64,000 nucleotides of DNA from Eledone cirrhosa (lineage: Eukaryota), in contig OZ024742.1 of NCBI GenBank assembly GCA_964016885.1, forward strand, positions 254,200,001-254,264,000. Direction: 5' to 3'. Positions 40,400-54,418 of the stretch are shown here, piece by piece. Position 1 is the stretch's first letter; each line of letters opens with the position of its first letter. A program made the position numbers and the translations under genes. The notes beneath the pieces were generated by a model. The model had not been told where the DNA came from and searched no databases. It saw nothing but the letters and a program-made list of their open reading frames with translations.

Positions 40400-40674
40400 A
40401 AGTCTGTCTCAAGCCAGAAGGCTCATTTGGCCGGTGCTTATCCCGGTTTCATGGGCGTGAAGCGACTGAGAGTACAAGACTCCCCCCTGGACAGGACACC
40501 AGCTCATCGCAGGGTTAAACTTCCAGCTACTGCTGGTACTCATTTTCAGCTGAGTATACTGGAGCAATGCGAAATGAAGTGTTTTGCTCAAGAACACAAC
40601 ACGCAACCCAGGAATCAAGCCCACAACATTATGATCGTAAGTCCAACACCCTTACCACTAGGCCACGTGCCTCC
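40400..40674 (-). mobile_element. tRNA-derived SINE family A
   Basis: Reverse complement of 5589-5847 with few differences. Confidence 0.85.
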
Positions 40675-40897
40675 AAAAATACATGTATACATATATATAT
40701 ATAAATTTACACACATATATATATAAATATACATATATATATATACATAAATACACATACATATATATATATATACATAAATACACACACACACATATAT
40801 ATATACATATATATATATAAATATACATAAGGAAAAAAAATGAAATCGAAAATGCAACTGGAGTATTTTTTTATAAAAATATATATTTATTTGGTTC

Positions 40898-40933
40898 CTT
40901 TTCCGGTTTCGCAGTTCTTCTGCTTTTCAAAAG
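40898..40933 (-). ncRNA. Minimal hammerhead-like motif with U3-A8 core (U16.1 mutated)
   Basis: Minus strand CTT-TTGAAAA-GCAG aagaa CTGC-GAAA-CCGG-AA-AAG, then AATAAA. Lies between (TA)n tracts. Confidence 0.6.
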
Positions 40934-40991
40934 TAGAATTGAGATGGCGGGTTTGTGGTTTTTCTCAAATATACATTTATATATATGTATA

Positions 40992-41027
<36 letters not shown>

Positions 41028-41074
41028 CATATATATACATATATATATACATATATATATACATATATATATAC

Positions 41075-41151
<77 letters not shown>

Positions 41152-41297
41152 TATATATATATATATATATACATAAATGTATATTTATATATATATGTAT
41201 ATTTTATATATATATATATATCATTATCATCATCATCGTTTAACATCTATCTTCCATGCTACCATGGGTTTATATACATATATATATATATATATTT

Positions 41298-41369
<72 letters not shown>

Positions 41370-42429
41370 TATGGTGAGAGAGAGTTTGATGTGTGAACAT
41401 ATGCAGACATAAGTACTCATACTTACTCATGGACATATACAATGTATATACATAAAGACAGATATGCATTTGAATATTATGCATTCAAATTTCTATTTCC
41501 TAGTGTAGCTTTTTCTCTGTTTCCTGCTATATTATTATTATGGAAGCATTCGTTGCTCATACAGTAAACGCTATCTCTTTCTCTTTGCTATGTAATCAAA
41601 ATAACATATAATAGATAGAAATATATATTCTGAAAGCTTATTCCCTATAATCAATCATTTTTTCTTCCAATGCCTCTTTTTAGAAATGATGTACACAACA
41701 TTTGGTTCTGTTTTGTTGTGTTGTTTTAAGTGGATTCTCATTTTCTTCTCTTTCATCACCAGAATTGACATTCCAATGATCAATTTGTCTACATATTTAT
41801 AACAGGAAAGACTTTCACATGCGAAAACATATTCCTGGTCAATGATATTTAATAATTTTTAGAACAGGAAGAATCTAAAATACACCATCTTTGTCTTTAA
41901 GATTATATATTCTGTATGTACTGAAAATAATGGAGAAACAAAGAAAGAAAAAATACAATTGTTCACTTGGTCATCATAATTATCATGATCTCTTGTGCAT
42001 TTCAAATGAAAAGCTTATATTTATCAAGAACAGGAAATTGTATTGATGGTGTCTTTCTCAATGCAATTAGCTACAAAAACTAAATTGGTTGTTGGCAACA
42101 TGGAGCTAAGATTCAGAAATAATCCAAAAAGTCAGAAAAATCTATTTAATAATGAATCACTGAAACATCTTTCCCTTTTTTCTTTTCCTTTTAAAATGTT
42201 TTTGCTATTTTCAAAACTTGTCAAGGTCAACTTTAATTCCCACTTAGTAAAATGATTACAGAAAAGACATATTTTCAGAATACGGAATAGAGAATAGAGT
42301 TACTTGAACATGAAGATAGAAGAGATCATAAATAGATAGCAACAATAGGAAGTAACAAATACTAACTCTATAATTCATATTTAGCCATATTCATCTTATA
42401 TAATACTTTAATCACTAAGTAACAAAGTC

Positions 42430-42660
42430 CCGGAGCGTAGTGGTCAATGTGTTGGACACATAATCATAAAGTTACGGGTTTGATCCTTGTACTAGGTGAC
42501 ATGTATTTTTGAGCAAGGCATTTCATTTCCTGCCGTTGCACCCCCTGCCACCCACCTCAGCTGAAAATATTAAGTATGAGATGCAGCTGGGGGTTAATTC
42601 CTGCAACGGTCTAACTTTTGGTCCAGGGGGAGATGAGACACTTTTCATGATATGTTTCGG
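42430..42660 (+). mobile_element. Degenerate SINE related to family A
   Basis: gcgtagtggtc, gggtttgatcc, ttgagcaaggcatt, ctcagctgaaaa, cctgcaa...gtccaggggg. Confidence 0.65.
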
Positions 42661-43396
42661 CCACCTCATTTTTAATCCAACCCCTAACCTGAAACCTCCT
42701 ATGGGATGCAACCTTGTAGGAAGTTAGCTAAACCAACAGAGGTGTGTATTGTAACAACAAACATATATAATGTTATCATCATCATCATCATTTTAAATCT
42801 ATTTTCTATGCTTGCATGTGTTAGAGTGGTTGTCACACTCAGAGGCTAGACAAGCACATCAGACAACTGTGTCTTACTCATTTATTCCATTTTGTATTTT
42901 AATTTGGGTGCAAATGACTGACTGAGACAAATCATAAGTATTATTAAACCTTTTTCTTCAAATTTCTTAGCCTCTCAAGTCATACAGTTCTGTAGTTTGC
43001 TCTCTAGTAGCAGGGAAATCCTAGTCCAGGTATGGTTAAAGAATTCATTTCACGATTACAGGTTCATTCACACTGCATGATTCCTGGAACAAATGCCTTC
43101 TACTATAATCTCAAATTGACCATGGCTCTCAGACTGAAATTTAGTCAACCCAAAGTTACGGTAATAAAGACTTGCCTAAAATACCTCATACCAGGATTAA
43201 GCCCTGGACATTAGGATTGTGAAGTGCAATACTTAGCCTCCCAGGCATGGCTGTATCTTACACAAATGCATATCAATGAAGGATATAAATATCCACTAAG
43301 CAACACAATCCTTTGATATATATGTTCTGCACTGTGTGAGAAATACTCTCACTGTGATTAATATGCAATTATTTTTTAAAATGCAATATAAATTAT

Positions 43397-43432
<36 letters not shown>

Positions 43433-44427
43433 TATACATATATATATGTTTATAAACTAAATACATTCATTCATATCATATATTATGAAAGATGCACATT
43501 TGGTTCTTCATATACAAATTTTATTTTCATTGGTGTAGAGATAATTGATTATCATTGTTATGATACAAATGTATACATACCATGTTTTATTACAACATAT
43601 ATTAATATAAATATATTAGTCAATTAAATTCCAAAACAGCTGGATTTTCACATTTTATTTCTCATATTCACCACTACTATCATGTCGATATAAAGCATAT
43701 GATTCTAAGAATTACAGCATGTACTTTTGGAAATAAATTCTCTGTAATGCTTTATAGTTGTTTCCACATTGAGCAAGTTTTCTTAAGAAAGGTTGCAATA
43801 AACTGAGCAATATAGTGATAGCAGCTATATCTTCACTCTCTCACTCTCTCTCTACCTCTCCCATTTTATCTATGTACCAAAGCTGAGAATTTATGTAATT
43901 ATATAACAAGGCTCCATTCAAATGATTTATTATATTGCAGGAGATTCTAATACACCATTTGAAAGATGATTTAAATATGACGTCCACAATGTTGTCACCA
44001 CCCTGAATATTTTAGTTATAATGTTAATATGACGTCATGGAAAGATTGAGCATTGCTAAGAAAATTTTGAATTTCATAAAATGGTTTCAACTAGAAACTG
44101 AATTAATGTGAGGTGAACTGAAAATAAATTAAAATTACAGTTCGCACATTTGATGGTTTAGCTGGCCCAAGATTTATATTGTTACAGCTCACATCAAGGT
44201 TGATTTAGCTGGCCTCCTATGAAGTGGAATCTCTTAGGAGTTTTCTAGGGGGTTTTAATGATAGGGGCCCCCAGTCTTCTCATGTTGTTACAGTACACAC
44301 CTAGATTGGTTTAGATGGCCTTGTATTAAATGGTATTTTATAGATTTCTTTGTTGTTTTAATGATGTGGACTCCACTTGTATTATATTGTCACAAATCTC
44401 ACCTATGCAACTATAGTGTACATTGTA

Positions 44428-44822
44428 TATCATCATCATCACCATTTTACGTCCATTCTTCCATGATAGCATGGGTTAGATGGATTGTCCTGTTGTGGGC
44501 AGTGTCTGGTCGGCTGACCTTGTCTTGCTCATACAGGAACTGATTCTGGCTTGATTTCTACAGCTGGATGCCCTTCCTAACAGCAACCTCATTTACAGTA
44601 AGTGCTGGGTGCTTTTTTTCCGTGGTGCTTACATGTCCACTTTACAGTGTAGGCTGGGTGCTTTTTTGCTGTGGCACCTCCACGACCACTTTGCAGTGGA
44701 TTGAAAGGGACCCCAGTCCTATCATCTCATTTCAACAGCTGAGTAAACTGGAGAAATGTGAAATAAAGTGTCTTGCTCAAGGAAACAACACATCACCCGG
44801 TCCGAGAATTGAGCTCACAACC
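44428..44822 (-). mobile_element. SINE with RTE tail (5'-clipped)
   Basis: Reverse complement matches 16390-16692 and carries a longer stretch of the 957-1233 LINE 3' UTR. Confidence 0.85.
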
Positions 44823-44875
44823 TATACATATATATCAAATAAAATGTAGTGTACATTGTATATATATATATATAT

Positions 44876-45200
44876 ATATCAAATGAAATTCTAATGTACC
44901 CATCTATCATATATATTGGGTGTATATATCAAATGAAATACCAGTATGCCCAGCTATAATATATATTTTGTATATAAAATGAAATACCAATAGACTCAGC
45001 AACCATATATATTGGGTATATATTAAAATGAAATACCCATATACCCAGCTGTGATATATAATGTGTATATGTATAAAATGAAATACCAGTATACCCAGCT
45101 ATCATATATATTGTGTATATATTAAAATGAAATACCAATATACTCAGGAAGCATATATATTGGGTATATATGATATGAAATACCAATATATCCATCTATA
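44876..45200. repeat. Degenerate ~47-50-bp tandem repeat
   Basis: Recurrent aaatgaaatacca.tatacccagct..atatat. Related units at 50460-50605 and 51215-51240. Confidence 0.8.
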
Positions 45201-45779
45201 AAGAAGAATTAGCATTAATTAACAAAAGAAACATTGTTGCTTCAGATTTCATTTTTCAGCATTGTTGCTAACACCACCACCACCATCATCATCCTGCCAT
45301 TACCACCAACACCATAGCTACCACTGTTCTAACACTCACTTTCCCTCTCTGCCTTCCACTTCTCCCTCTCAGTCACATGCACTCTTACCCTCCCTTCTCC
45401 ATAAATACTTGCTACAGCATGGGATATAATTTTTTCCCCAACTTCAATGGCTGTATTTTGGACAAATTCCTGTTTGAATCCTGCCGAGATTTAGAAATCT
45501 TCTATGAAAATGTGGAAAATGAGGAATAGAGACACAAAAACAAATCCAACAGACTTTAAAACAGTTTTAAAAAGTAGAGAAAGTACAAAATATCCCAGAA
45601 AATGGAAAGCTTAAACAACAAACATAGCTTACGTATGAATGCAATACTAAGTATCAATATATTTAACACCTCTGATAATATTAAGTGAAGATTTGAATGG
45701 TGTTACTCTGATGGTGGAAAAATGTGTTTAAGAAATAATTTTACAGATGGCAATACAAAATTATGGATGAAATTTTAGA

Positions 45780-46270
45780 AGGATAGCTGTGTTATTGGAT
45801 TTCAGTAGGCTATGCAATGTTAAGAGCGAAGTCCTTGCATTTTCTATCTAGATATAAAATAGACACTGCAGAAGATTATGTTGAAATATATGGGAATGCA
45901 TTATTGGTTTCAGAAATAGCTAGAAAAAGCAAGATATATTGATTAATACAACCCCATTGTGATAAAAAAAATCATATAGAATATGGCTTCTTGACGCAGT
46001 AGAATATGGAAAATAATCTGTTATTGAAATTGTGAGTATTATATATACGTAAAATCATTGCTTTAAGACAACCGTATATAATTTTAGCAAATATATACCA
46101 AAACCAACAAGATTTGCATTATTGATATTGTCGTTTATACTGAGAAATATATGCCAGAAAAGCAATAAGAGGCATTGAGAAGATATCATTTGCTTGTCTT
46201 TTCACAAAAGATTAGGAGGAGGGGAACCATAGTGAAGAGTGTGCCAGTTGTGATCAGTTACCAAGGTAGC
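45780..46270 (+). mobile_element. Highly decayed RLE-type LINE C-terminus
   Basis: Weak fragments (IIDIVV, VPVVI, Cys/His remnants) in RLE order; heavily disrupted. Confidence 0.4.
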
Positions 46271-46287
46271 ATTATGAAAACTGAAAA

Positions 46288-46793
46288 TTACAGCTCCCAC
46301 CTATACAAGTTTAGCTAGCCTTCTACATAGGAGATTTCTTAAGAGTTTTATAATAGGAGCCCTCAGTCCTATCGTGTTGATTTTACAGCTCCCACCTATA
46401 CAGGTTTAACTGGCCTTCTACATAGGAGATTTCTTAAGAGTTTTATAATAGGAGCCCTCAGTCCTATCATGTTGATTTTACAGCTCCCACCTATACAGGT
46501 TTAACTGGCCTTCTAGATAGGAGATTTCTTAAGAGTTTTATAATAGGAGCCCTCAGTTCTATCGTGTTGATTTTACAGCTCCCACCTATACAGGTTTAAC
46601 TGGCCTTCTACATAGGAGATTTCTTAAGAGTTTTATAATAGGAGCCCTCAGTCCTATCGTGTTGATTTTACAGTTCCCACCTATACAGGTTTAACTGGCC
46701 TTCTACATAGGAGATTTCTTAAGAGTTTTATAATAGGAGCCCTCTGTCCTATCATGTTGATTTTACAGTTCCCACCTATACAGGTTTAACTGG
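46288..46793. repeat. 95-bp tandem repeat, ~5.3 near-identical copies
   Basis: ttacagctcccacctatacaggtttaactggcc...cagtcctatcgtgttgatt, with starts at 46288, 46383 and 46478. Confidence 0.95.
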
Positions 46794-47609
46794 CTGCATG
46801 CATGGTTGTATCTCATAGGAAATTTCCTGGATGTTTTAATGATAGGGTTTCCAAGCATATTTTGTTGTTGTTACAACTGACACATTATGCAAGTTTAGCT
46901 GACAATGGTGCATCAAGTAATAAGTTTCTTGGGTATTTTAATATGAGCCCCAGGCCTATTGTGTTGTTGCTACAGTTTACACCTTATGCAAGTTTAGGTA
47001 TAAAACGTAATTAAAATAGACTTAATTAACAGTACTATTTGATTAATTAAAAAGGTGGCCTCTTAAGAGTTTGCCAAGGTCTTTTACATGATTGCTGGTC
47101 TTCCACAAAATACCTTGCCAAGTCTTGTCCTTCAGAGAGACCAACCCATGGTCAGGCTATCATATAGTTAGAAATCCCATAGCCAGTAACAAACAAAAGG
47201 CCCCTTTCCTTCAACATCATCATCAACATCCTTTTAGAGTCACATTTCCATGCTTGCATGGGTTGGATGAGTGTTTTCCAGCATAGCCTCCCTTTACCTT
47301 CTGTTTTACTTCAATCATCCTCTCTATTAGTTTCTGTTTTGAGATTTACTCTCACTGCATCTACCAAACTCTTTCTTGGTCTTTTACCTGGCATTGGCAG
47401 TTGATTTGTCCTTTAGTAGTAATTTTCTGTATCTGAAAGGGAAAGGGATTGAGTAATCACTTGATATCAATCAAAGGCTCTTGCATATGGCTTGGTTAGC
47501 CATGCCACAACCATACACATTACTAACATTATGAGTGTTAGCCCTTTATATGCAGTTATTCTCAATACCGAATGCTGTGCCATTCAATTATATATATATA
47601 TATATAAGT

Positions 47610-47888
47610 TGTAGTGTGCGGGAGAGAAGACTGCGATGGTATGGGCATGTGATGCGCATGGAGGATGACCGCTGAGTAAAGAAGTGCCAATAAATCCCAG
47701 TAGAAGGAAGACTTAGTAGAGGAAGACCACAAAAAATATGGGCGGAGATGATAAGAGCAGACCTCAGATCGCTGAAGCTCACGGAGGAGATGATGAAGGA
47801 CCATGACAAGTGGAGAGATGCTGTGCTGAATAGGACCCATCCCAACCTTGCAAACAGTGAAAAGCGGACGTAAAATGATGATGATGAT
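47610..47888 (+). mobile_element. Short RTE 3' fragment
   Basis: [18 protein letters not shown]...RGRPQKIWAEMIRADL, then (GAT)n. Confidence 0.85.
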
Positions 47889-48879
47889 ATATAATATGTG
47901 TGTGTGAATCTAAAAGGATGATGATGAACATGATGTTGATGATGATAATGATGATGAAGGAAAGGGTCTCATTTGGTTGTGACTGGCCATGGGATTTCTA
48001 ACTATAATTGACTAACCATGAGTTAGCCTCTCCGAAGTACAGACTGGGCAAGGTATTTTCTGGAAGACCAGCAATCACCCATATATACCAATGGTGTCCA
48101 AAGGAAAGACAAAAGTCAATGAATCTTGGCACAATAGAAAGGTCATGCATTTGATTTTCAGTAGTTTGTTGTGTTCTTGAACAAGACATTTTATTTCACA
48201 TTGCTGCAGTCCATTGAGTTAGTGAAATTGAATTGTACTTGTATTTGAAAAGACCAGCCTTGTCACACAGTGTGTCATACTAAATATTGCATTAAGAGTA
48301 CACGTTTTTCTGGAATCCTCTGCTACTTACACATTAATTTCATGAGGAGGCTGCTTTGTTAGTCAAGCAACTGAAACATTTATTAAAGGAACTGATGTGA
48401 AATAAAATGTCTTGTTCAAGAACACAACAAACTACTGAAAATCAAATGCATGACTTTTCTATTGTGATCTGAACACTCCAACCACTGAGCCATGTGATTT
48501 TGTTGTGTGAAATGTCAATGCATATCTAACAGTACCAACATTATTAATGTTATTGTATTGCTATAGAAAGATTCTGAATTAAATGAAAACAACGGCAGAT
48601 GTAGAATCAACTAAATGATATACCAACAACTGTAGTATGCAATACTAAAAATAGAATAACTTTGTGGGAGATCTTGTTCAATATATTGGCTATTTTGACA
48701 TTGTATAGAAGGGTAGAATTGTGGTGCACAAATAGGCCCCTGAAGGCATCCTTTTGCAAAATTTGGTGCATATGGACTCCTTCTCTGTGATTGTTAGTGG
48801 AGTAAAAAGTGGGATTCAGTGATATCTGGGTACTCATTTATGAAGTTTATATGGTCATCAATGTTGAAATTATCATATA

Positions 48880-49340
48880 TTTTGATAGCCACTTCACACG
48901 ATAAAGTGATCATCAGCATATCATGCATTTACCTGAAGAAGAAGGAACCGGAGTGACAAGTGATGAGTGCCGTATGCTCCAGCTGGTCAAAGCAGGCCTG
49001 AGGGATCTAACTCTGTTGCTAGTCCTGAGATCTGCTTGTATATGGAGCCCTTAGACTGGAGAAAGGTGTGGCACATGATGACAGAGAGCAACTTGTGGAT
49101 GTCAACAGTAGTGAGGTGGTAGCAATTGAGATTGTTAGAGATGATATTGTGGTCAGTGATTAAGTCAATGGCTGGGGCATGAGGAAAAGAGAGGTAGGTA
49201 TCTATTCTGTCTAAGTGTGGTGGGGTTAAGGTTTCAGTCTGTTGATAACTTCATATAAGCTATCTACGTGTCCAGGGAAAGTATGAAGAAGGGGTTTGAG
49301 CAGTCTGGGGCATAGCCAGGAGATGTTATAGAAAGGACCA
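48880..49340 (-). mobile_element. Penelope-like RT core relic
   Basis: Minus strand reads TFLQSKGSIYKQISGLA (RT motif B region) and FFFR*MHDML (RYxDD-like). Degenerate. Confidence 0.55.
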
Positions 49341-50260
49341 TCTATACCAGAAACAATGCTTCATATAAAAAACCTATTTATCTCCTAATGCAATACTGTT
49401 AAATATCTAAAAACTTTAATAATTATCAAAGAACTTTTATATTGGTTCTTTTCCAACCTAATTGTAGATTCTATGGGAAAGAGAGACAGAGATGAATGTT
49501 GAGAAAAGAAATGGATTGAGATGGCTGGATGTTGAGTGAGGAAGGATGAAAGCAGCTGATGAGAGATGAGATTGAAATGAATATGGAAGGAAGTAGAGGA
49601 AGGAGAAGCCCAAGAAAAACATGGCAAAATATGATGGAGGAAGAAATGAAAGCCACAGGGTTGGTAAGTGGGGATGCTATCAAATGGAGAAACTTGTCAT
49701 GGGGCCCACAAGGCTAACCCCTTCTTTAGTAGAGTAAATAGTCTTAAAATGCTTGTTGTAGTATTATACTAGCTAAAATGTATCCTTTTATGAATGTATG
49801 TATAGTATATGTGATAATATACTCTATGTTTAATTAAAAACATTATGAAGACCATTCGCTATGAATTTTAAAGTAGTGACTATGTCACTTACTTATTCTT
49901 GGCAAACACAATGGGGTCCTGTTTCTCACTCGTTAGCAGTTATCAAAATTACTTACCCCTTCACTTCTGCCAAGAATTATAGAAGCTGGATTCATATAGA
50001 ATTCCAGTAATGTTTAAGAGCTGATTAAACAGAGCGGTTGTCGGTCCAGCAAAAATTAGGTATTCTTTTATGTTGTTGTTTGATCAATTGAAAATGGAGC
50101 CCATGTTTATCCATTATCTCAAACACTGACATAAAGAAAATAACAAATCATTAGATCAGTAACTCTCAAATATAAGGTACTTGGCACCCATGGATGAACT
50201 TTAGCCAAGGGAAGAACTCAGAAAGCATCTAAACAAAACAAAAATCATGTACAATGTGTA

Positions 50261-50456
50261 CAAGGGTCAACTGAAAAGTTCATAGGCTGACTATGAAAGT
50301 GTGATGCTAGAGCTGTGAAATCTTGCATACATTAATTTCAACTCTTCTTATTAATAACTGCATTGCTTTTCCAGGCACCGTGTTAACAAATTAAACCTCA
50401 TTTAGTCATTTAGTGAGACTATCTTAGTCAGCCTATGAACTTTCAGCTGACCCTTA
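50261..50456. mobile_element. Mariner-type MITE, ~33-bp TIRs, TA flanks
   Basis: ta-caagggtcaactgaaaagttcataggctgacta ... tagtcagcctatgaactttcagctgaccctta-ta. Confidence 0.88.
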
Positions 50457-50607
50457 TATAAATATCAAATAAAAAAAAGAAATACCCAACTATAATGAAC
50501 ATAGTGTATACAGTAAATATCAAATTAAATACCAATATAACCAACTATAGTATACATTGTGAGTATATATGAAATGAAATAACCAATATACCCAACTATA
50601 TGTACAT

Positions 50608-50790
50608 AATTGTTTCTACTTTAGGCACAAGGCCAGCAATTATGCAGTGCATTACTGGTACTTTATTTTATCGACCCCGTAAGGATGAAAGGCAAAGTCA
50701 ACCTCGGCGGGATTTGAACTCAGATCGTAAAGGGACGTAACTATGCTGGAAAGCATGGCGTCCGACCCTCTACCGATACTGCCAAACTGC
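50608..50790 (-). mobile_element. SINE family B
   Basis: Reverse complement of the 9105/27180 family. Confidence 0.85.
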
Positions 50791-51483
50791 ATATGAGCCG
50801 AGAAATATGTGACAAAAAAAACCAATGGCAAAATGGGAGTTGCCTTTTATTCGAAGTCAATATTTTGCAGATTTTCACCAACTTCAAAATTCTACATAAA
50901 TGAGTTGTTGAGACATTTTGAAGGTGAATATTACACTGGTTTCATTTTTTACATGAAATTCGTTTTTAATGTTTTTGAATGAAAATGGCCTTAAAAAATT
51001 AATAAGAAAACCATTATGTAATGGAGTTCTTAAACAAAAACTATACTCTAAATGCCTCTTAAAGAATTTTGAATATCAAAACTTCATAAATATATTCTAC
51101 ATTCATCTTTTGTTGATTAGCTGCTTGTACTCATGGTTTGGATTTTTACCCATTGCTCAGACATAAAATAGTGGCTGTTGGCTTATAGTAGGAACATATT
51201 ATATTTGAGCAGTATATCAAATGAAATACCAATATATTCAAGTTTTAGGGGGATCATAAATTAACAGTCCACAAGAGTCTTGCTTCAGATTTAATCCTAT
51301 TTGGGGCGATATAATTGTCAACGTTTAAAAAGTTTGCTCGTGTTAATATGGTACTTAGATGAAAAAGTACTAGGTGACAATCAATACAAAATGGGGGAGG
51401 AATTATGGAAACCAGGAATTGTAAGAAGAGAAATGTGACCTGGGGCTCACAGAACCACTATATTAGATACATGATGATGTGAA

Positions 51484-51514
<31 letters not shown>

Positions 51515-52207
51515 CTGGATGCACTCACTTTGATCATAGATGTATGAAAAAAGGGATAATGTAGTGCTGCTAATCTAAGGCAATAACTTATTCTTCAACC
51601 TCACATTCATTTCTGCACACATCTAACAGTCTGTACATTAAGAATGATTTGCAGTTGGCTGACACTGACAGAATATACATGTTGATAACCATCATTTGTT
51701 TCTAGAATGTTTCAGGAACGACTTTTAATGTTCATATGATTTTCCTTCCTCATCCATCAGTGTAGTTTCATGTTATTTATCCATTGTAATTCTGAACATC
51801 ACTTCACCATATTATCATTCCTGGCTTTCTCTTTCAATGATTTTCACTAATAAATCATCAGTGCTGATAAGCATTTATAATATTTTTCTTATTGCTATCA
51901 AAATATTAATTTTTTAGCAATTCTTCATTCCATTTTGATCATTTACTTCTTGAATATTTTTGGATCTATTGGGAAGTTGAGTAGCATTTGATCTGATAAT
52001 TGATCGAGTATATTCAAAGACTTTTCCTTGGGATTGTTTGAAAAAAAAAGCTCAAAACACTTGAGTAATTATAAGGATGATTGTTGGTCGTGAATTTGGG
52101 CCGAGTCATTAAAATATCAATATGGTAATTATTCCTGCTCTTTCCCGTTGAAGTCAGTTACCTTTCGTCAGTTCAAGGTTGATAAATAAAATACCAGTCC
52201 ACCGAAA

Positions 52208-52550
52208 GTATGTGGCTAAGTGGTTAGAACATTGATTCCCAATTGTGAGGCTGTGAGTTTTATTCCTGAACCATCATGCAGTGTGTCCTTAAGAAAGACT
52301 TTATTTCATGTAACTCCAGTTCACTCAGCTGTAGAAATGAGTTGCAACATCTTTGGTACCAAACTGTATTAGCCTTTGACTTTACCTTGGAGCACATTAA
52401 TGGTGGGGAGAGGAAAGACTGGTATCCATGGGTGCCTTCTGGTCTTCCACAAAAACACCTTGCCCAGGCCTGTGCTTTGGGGTGGGGGGAGTTTCTAGAT
52501 GCAAAACATGTGGTCATTTGTGACTAACGGAGGTCTTTACCCTTCACCCA
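52208..52550 (+). mobile_element. tRNA-derived SINE (family A-type core, different 3' part)
   Basis: TGGCTAAGTGG box and gtgtccttaagaaagacttt...cactcagctgtagaaatgag core. 3' part related to 47960-48080 (-) and 47060-47210. Confidence 0.7.
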
Positions 52551-53222
52551 TGTTGTGTGAATAGGTGGAATTGTTAAAGAGTTGCAGGAAGCTTTGCAGC
52601 TTCTCAGTTCAAATCCTGGTTTCTGAAATTCTTCTGCCAGAATTTGCAACCATCAGATAGTATTAACAATGGAAAGACTAATAGAAACATAGTTCCTATG
52701 GTCTGATAAGATGATCAGCTATTTTTTCTTTTCTTATTTTTCTGTGTATGAGTAGACACTAGTCTTAACCATTTTGATACCAAACTGTCTAAAACCACCC
52801 TTGATTCTACAATACTGTACTGTTTATTTTAAACCATTTACATTTATCGAAAAATCTTCCATCATAAATTTATGTAAAAACCTTTGTTCAGTCACCTTCC
52901 AAGCACCAGCTTAATAAGAAGAAAGGGAAGTAACTTTTGATGAGTTGTGGTTTGTAGTGTTGGTGACAACGGTGATACTGTTAACATCTCATCGCTACCA
53001 AGACTATCAACATTATTTTTCCAAAAACTCAAGAAAGCATTTAAATAAAACTTTGAAAGTGGAGGCAAAGGAGAGAAGTTCCAGCTAGATCCTGTCAACC
53101 AAAACCTCATACAGTTTAAATACACAAGTCTCTGACATCTGAATGATTAAATATAAGCAGAAAGACACCCAGGAGTCATGACCTTGATGCAGATAAGCCC
53201 CCATAGAGTACAAGAAATTAAA

Positions 53223-53257
<35 letters not shown>

Positions 53258-53504
53258 AATATAAATTCAGCGAGAATCGCATTTCAGCGGGTAGAAAAAG
53301 TGAAACGTAATGCAAATTCTGAATCATGCTGGCAAGCGCTCCATGGGCTAAAAAGACCAGAGCAATAAAGATAGGTTATAAAGGCCATACAAACTGAAAA
53401 GGTGGTCAAGAAGCCATTAACCACCTAAGCCAAAAAACAAGTCAAGCTTAACAGGTCAGACAAAATAAATGACATATTCATATATATATGTATATACATA
53501 TATA

Positions 53505-53975
53505 TATTGGTAAACGGAATAGAAAATGCTGACAAATTGTTCACAGTTGAAAAATAGTTTAATTAAGAATAAAAGAGTATTAGTAATTGTATTGGTTAGT
53601 ATTCAGTTGTGGTTTTAAGTTTTTACCGGTTGCGCATTTCTAAATGCTTTTCAAAAATAATTTTGAGATAGAGCGTCCGTCTTGTTAGCTCTGATCTGAT
53701 TAGTTTTGGGAATTCTACCTGTTTTTATGTTAAAAAAGTGACTCCAGCGCTACTTGGTGTTGCAAAAATTCTTGTGGTCAAAACAATTTTGATTGGTCGG
53801 TAGAGGTCATGTGAATGTAAAAAATTGATTTTGCGCCAAGACTGAGAAATGACTCTTTCACAACAAATATGTGTGTGTGTAGTAGTAGTAGTAAAGTGTT
53901 CGATGTTGTGATAATGGTTAGCAGGGATGTGTGTGTGGACAGCAGCCTGTTGACAGTTCAAATGGCTATTAAGAT

Positions 53976-54014
<39 letters not shown>

Positions 54015-54383
54015 GCAGAGTAATTCGTGGTAGCGGGATGGTCAGTAGCAATGTGTCTGTAAGGAGTGGGGGGTATTTTAGCATGTCAAAAGATATTTTT
54101 CAGCTTTTGTCTTATACGGAGAAGTGTGTGTGTGTATCAGTCTCTTTGTATGTCAATGTACGCGTGTGTATGTTTATGTGTGTGTGTATATATGTGTGTG
54201 TGTGTGAGAATGTGTGTGTGTGTGTGTGTGAGTGGACCAGTATTTTTTTCCCCTGGTAATATGGTGTATATTATTCGATATTTTCAGTAAAATCGATTCT
54301 CTCAATAGAACATCAAAAATCTTAACAATAAAAGGTGTGAAATGATATTCACTATATATATATATACACATATATTCACTATA

Positions 54384-54418
<35 letters not shown>

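Noticed and set aside
41740-41900. Strong polypyrimidine-CAG splice acceptor at ~41762
   Set aside because: All three frames stop within ~40 nt and no donor is evident; it cannot be supported without RNA data.
53394-53430. CTGAAAA-GGTGGT...ACCACC hairpin
   Set aside because: No GAAA or stem III follows.
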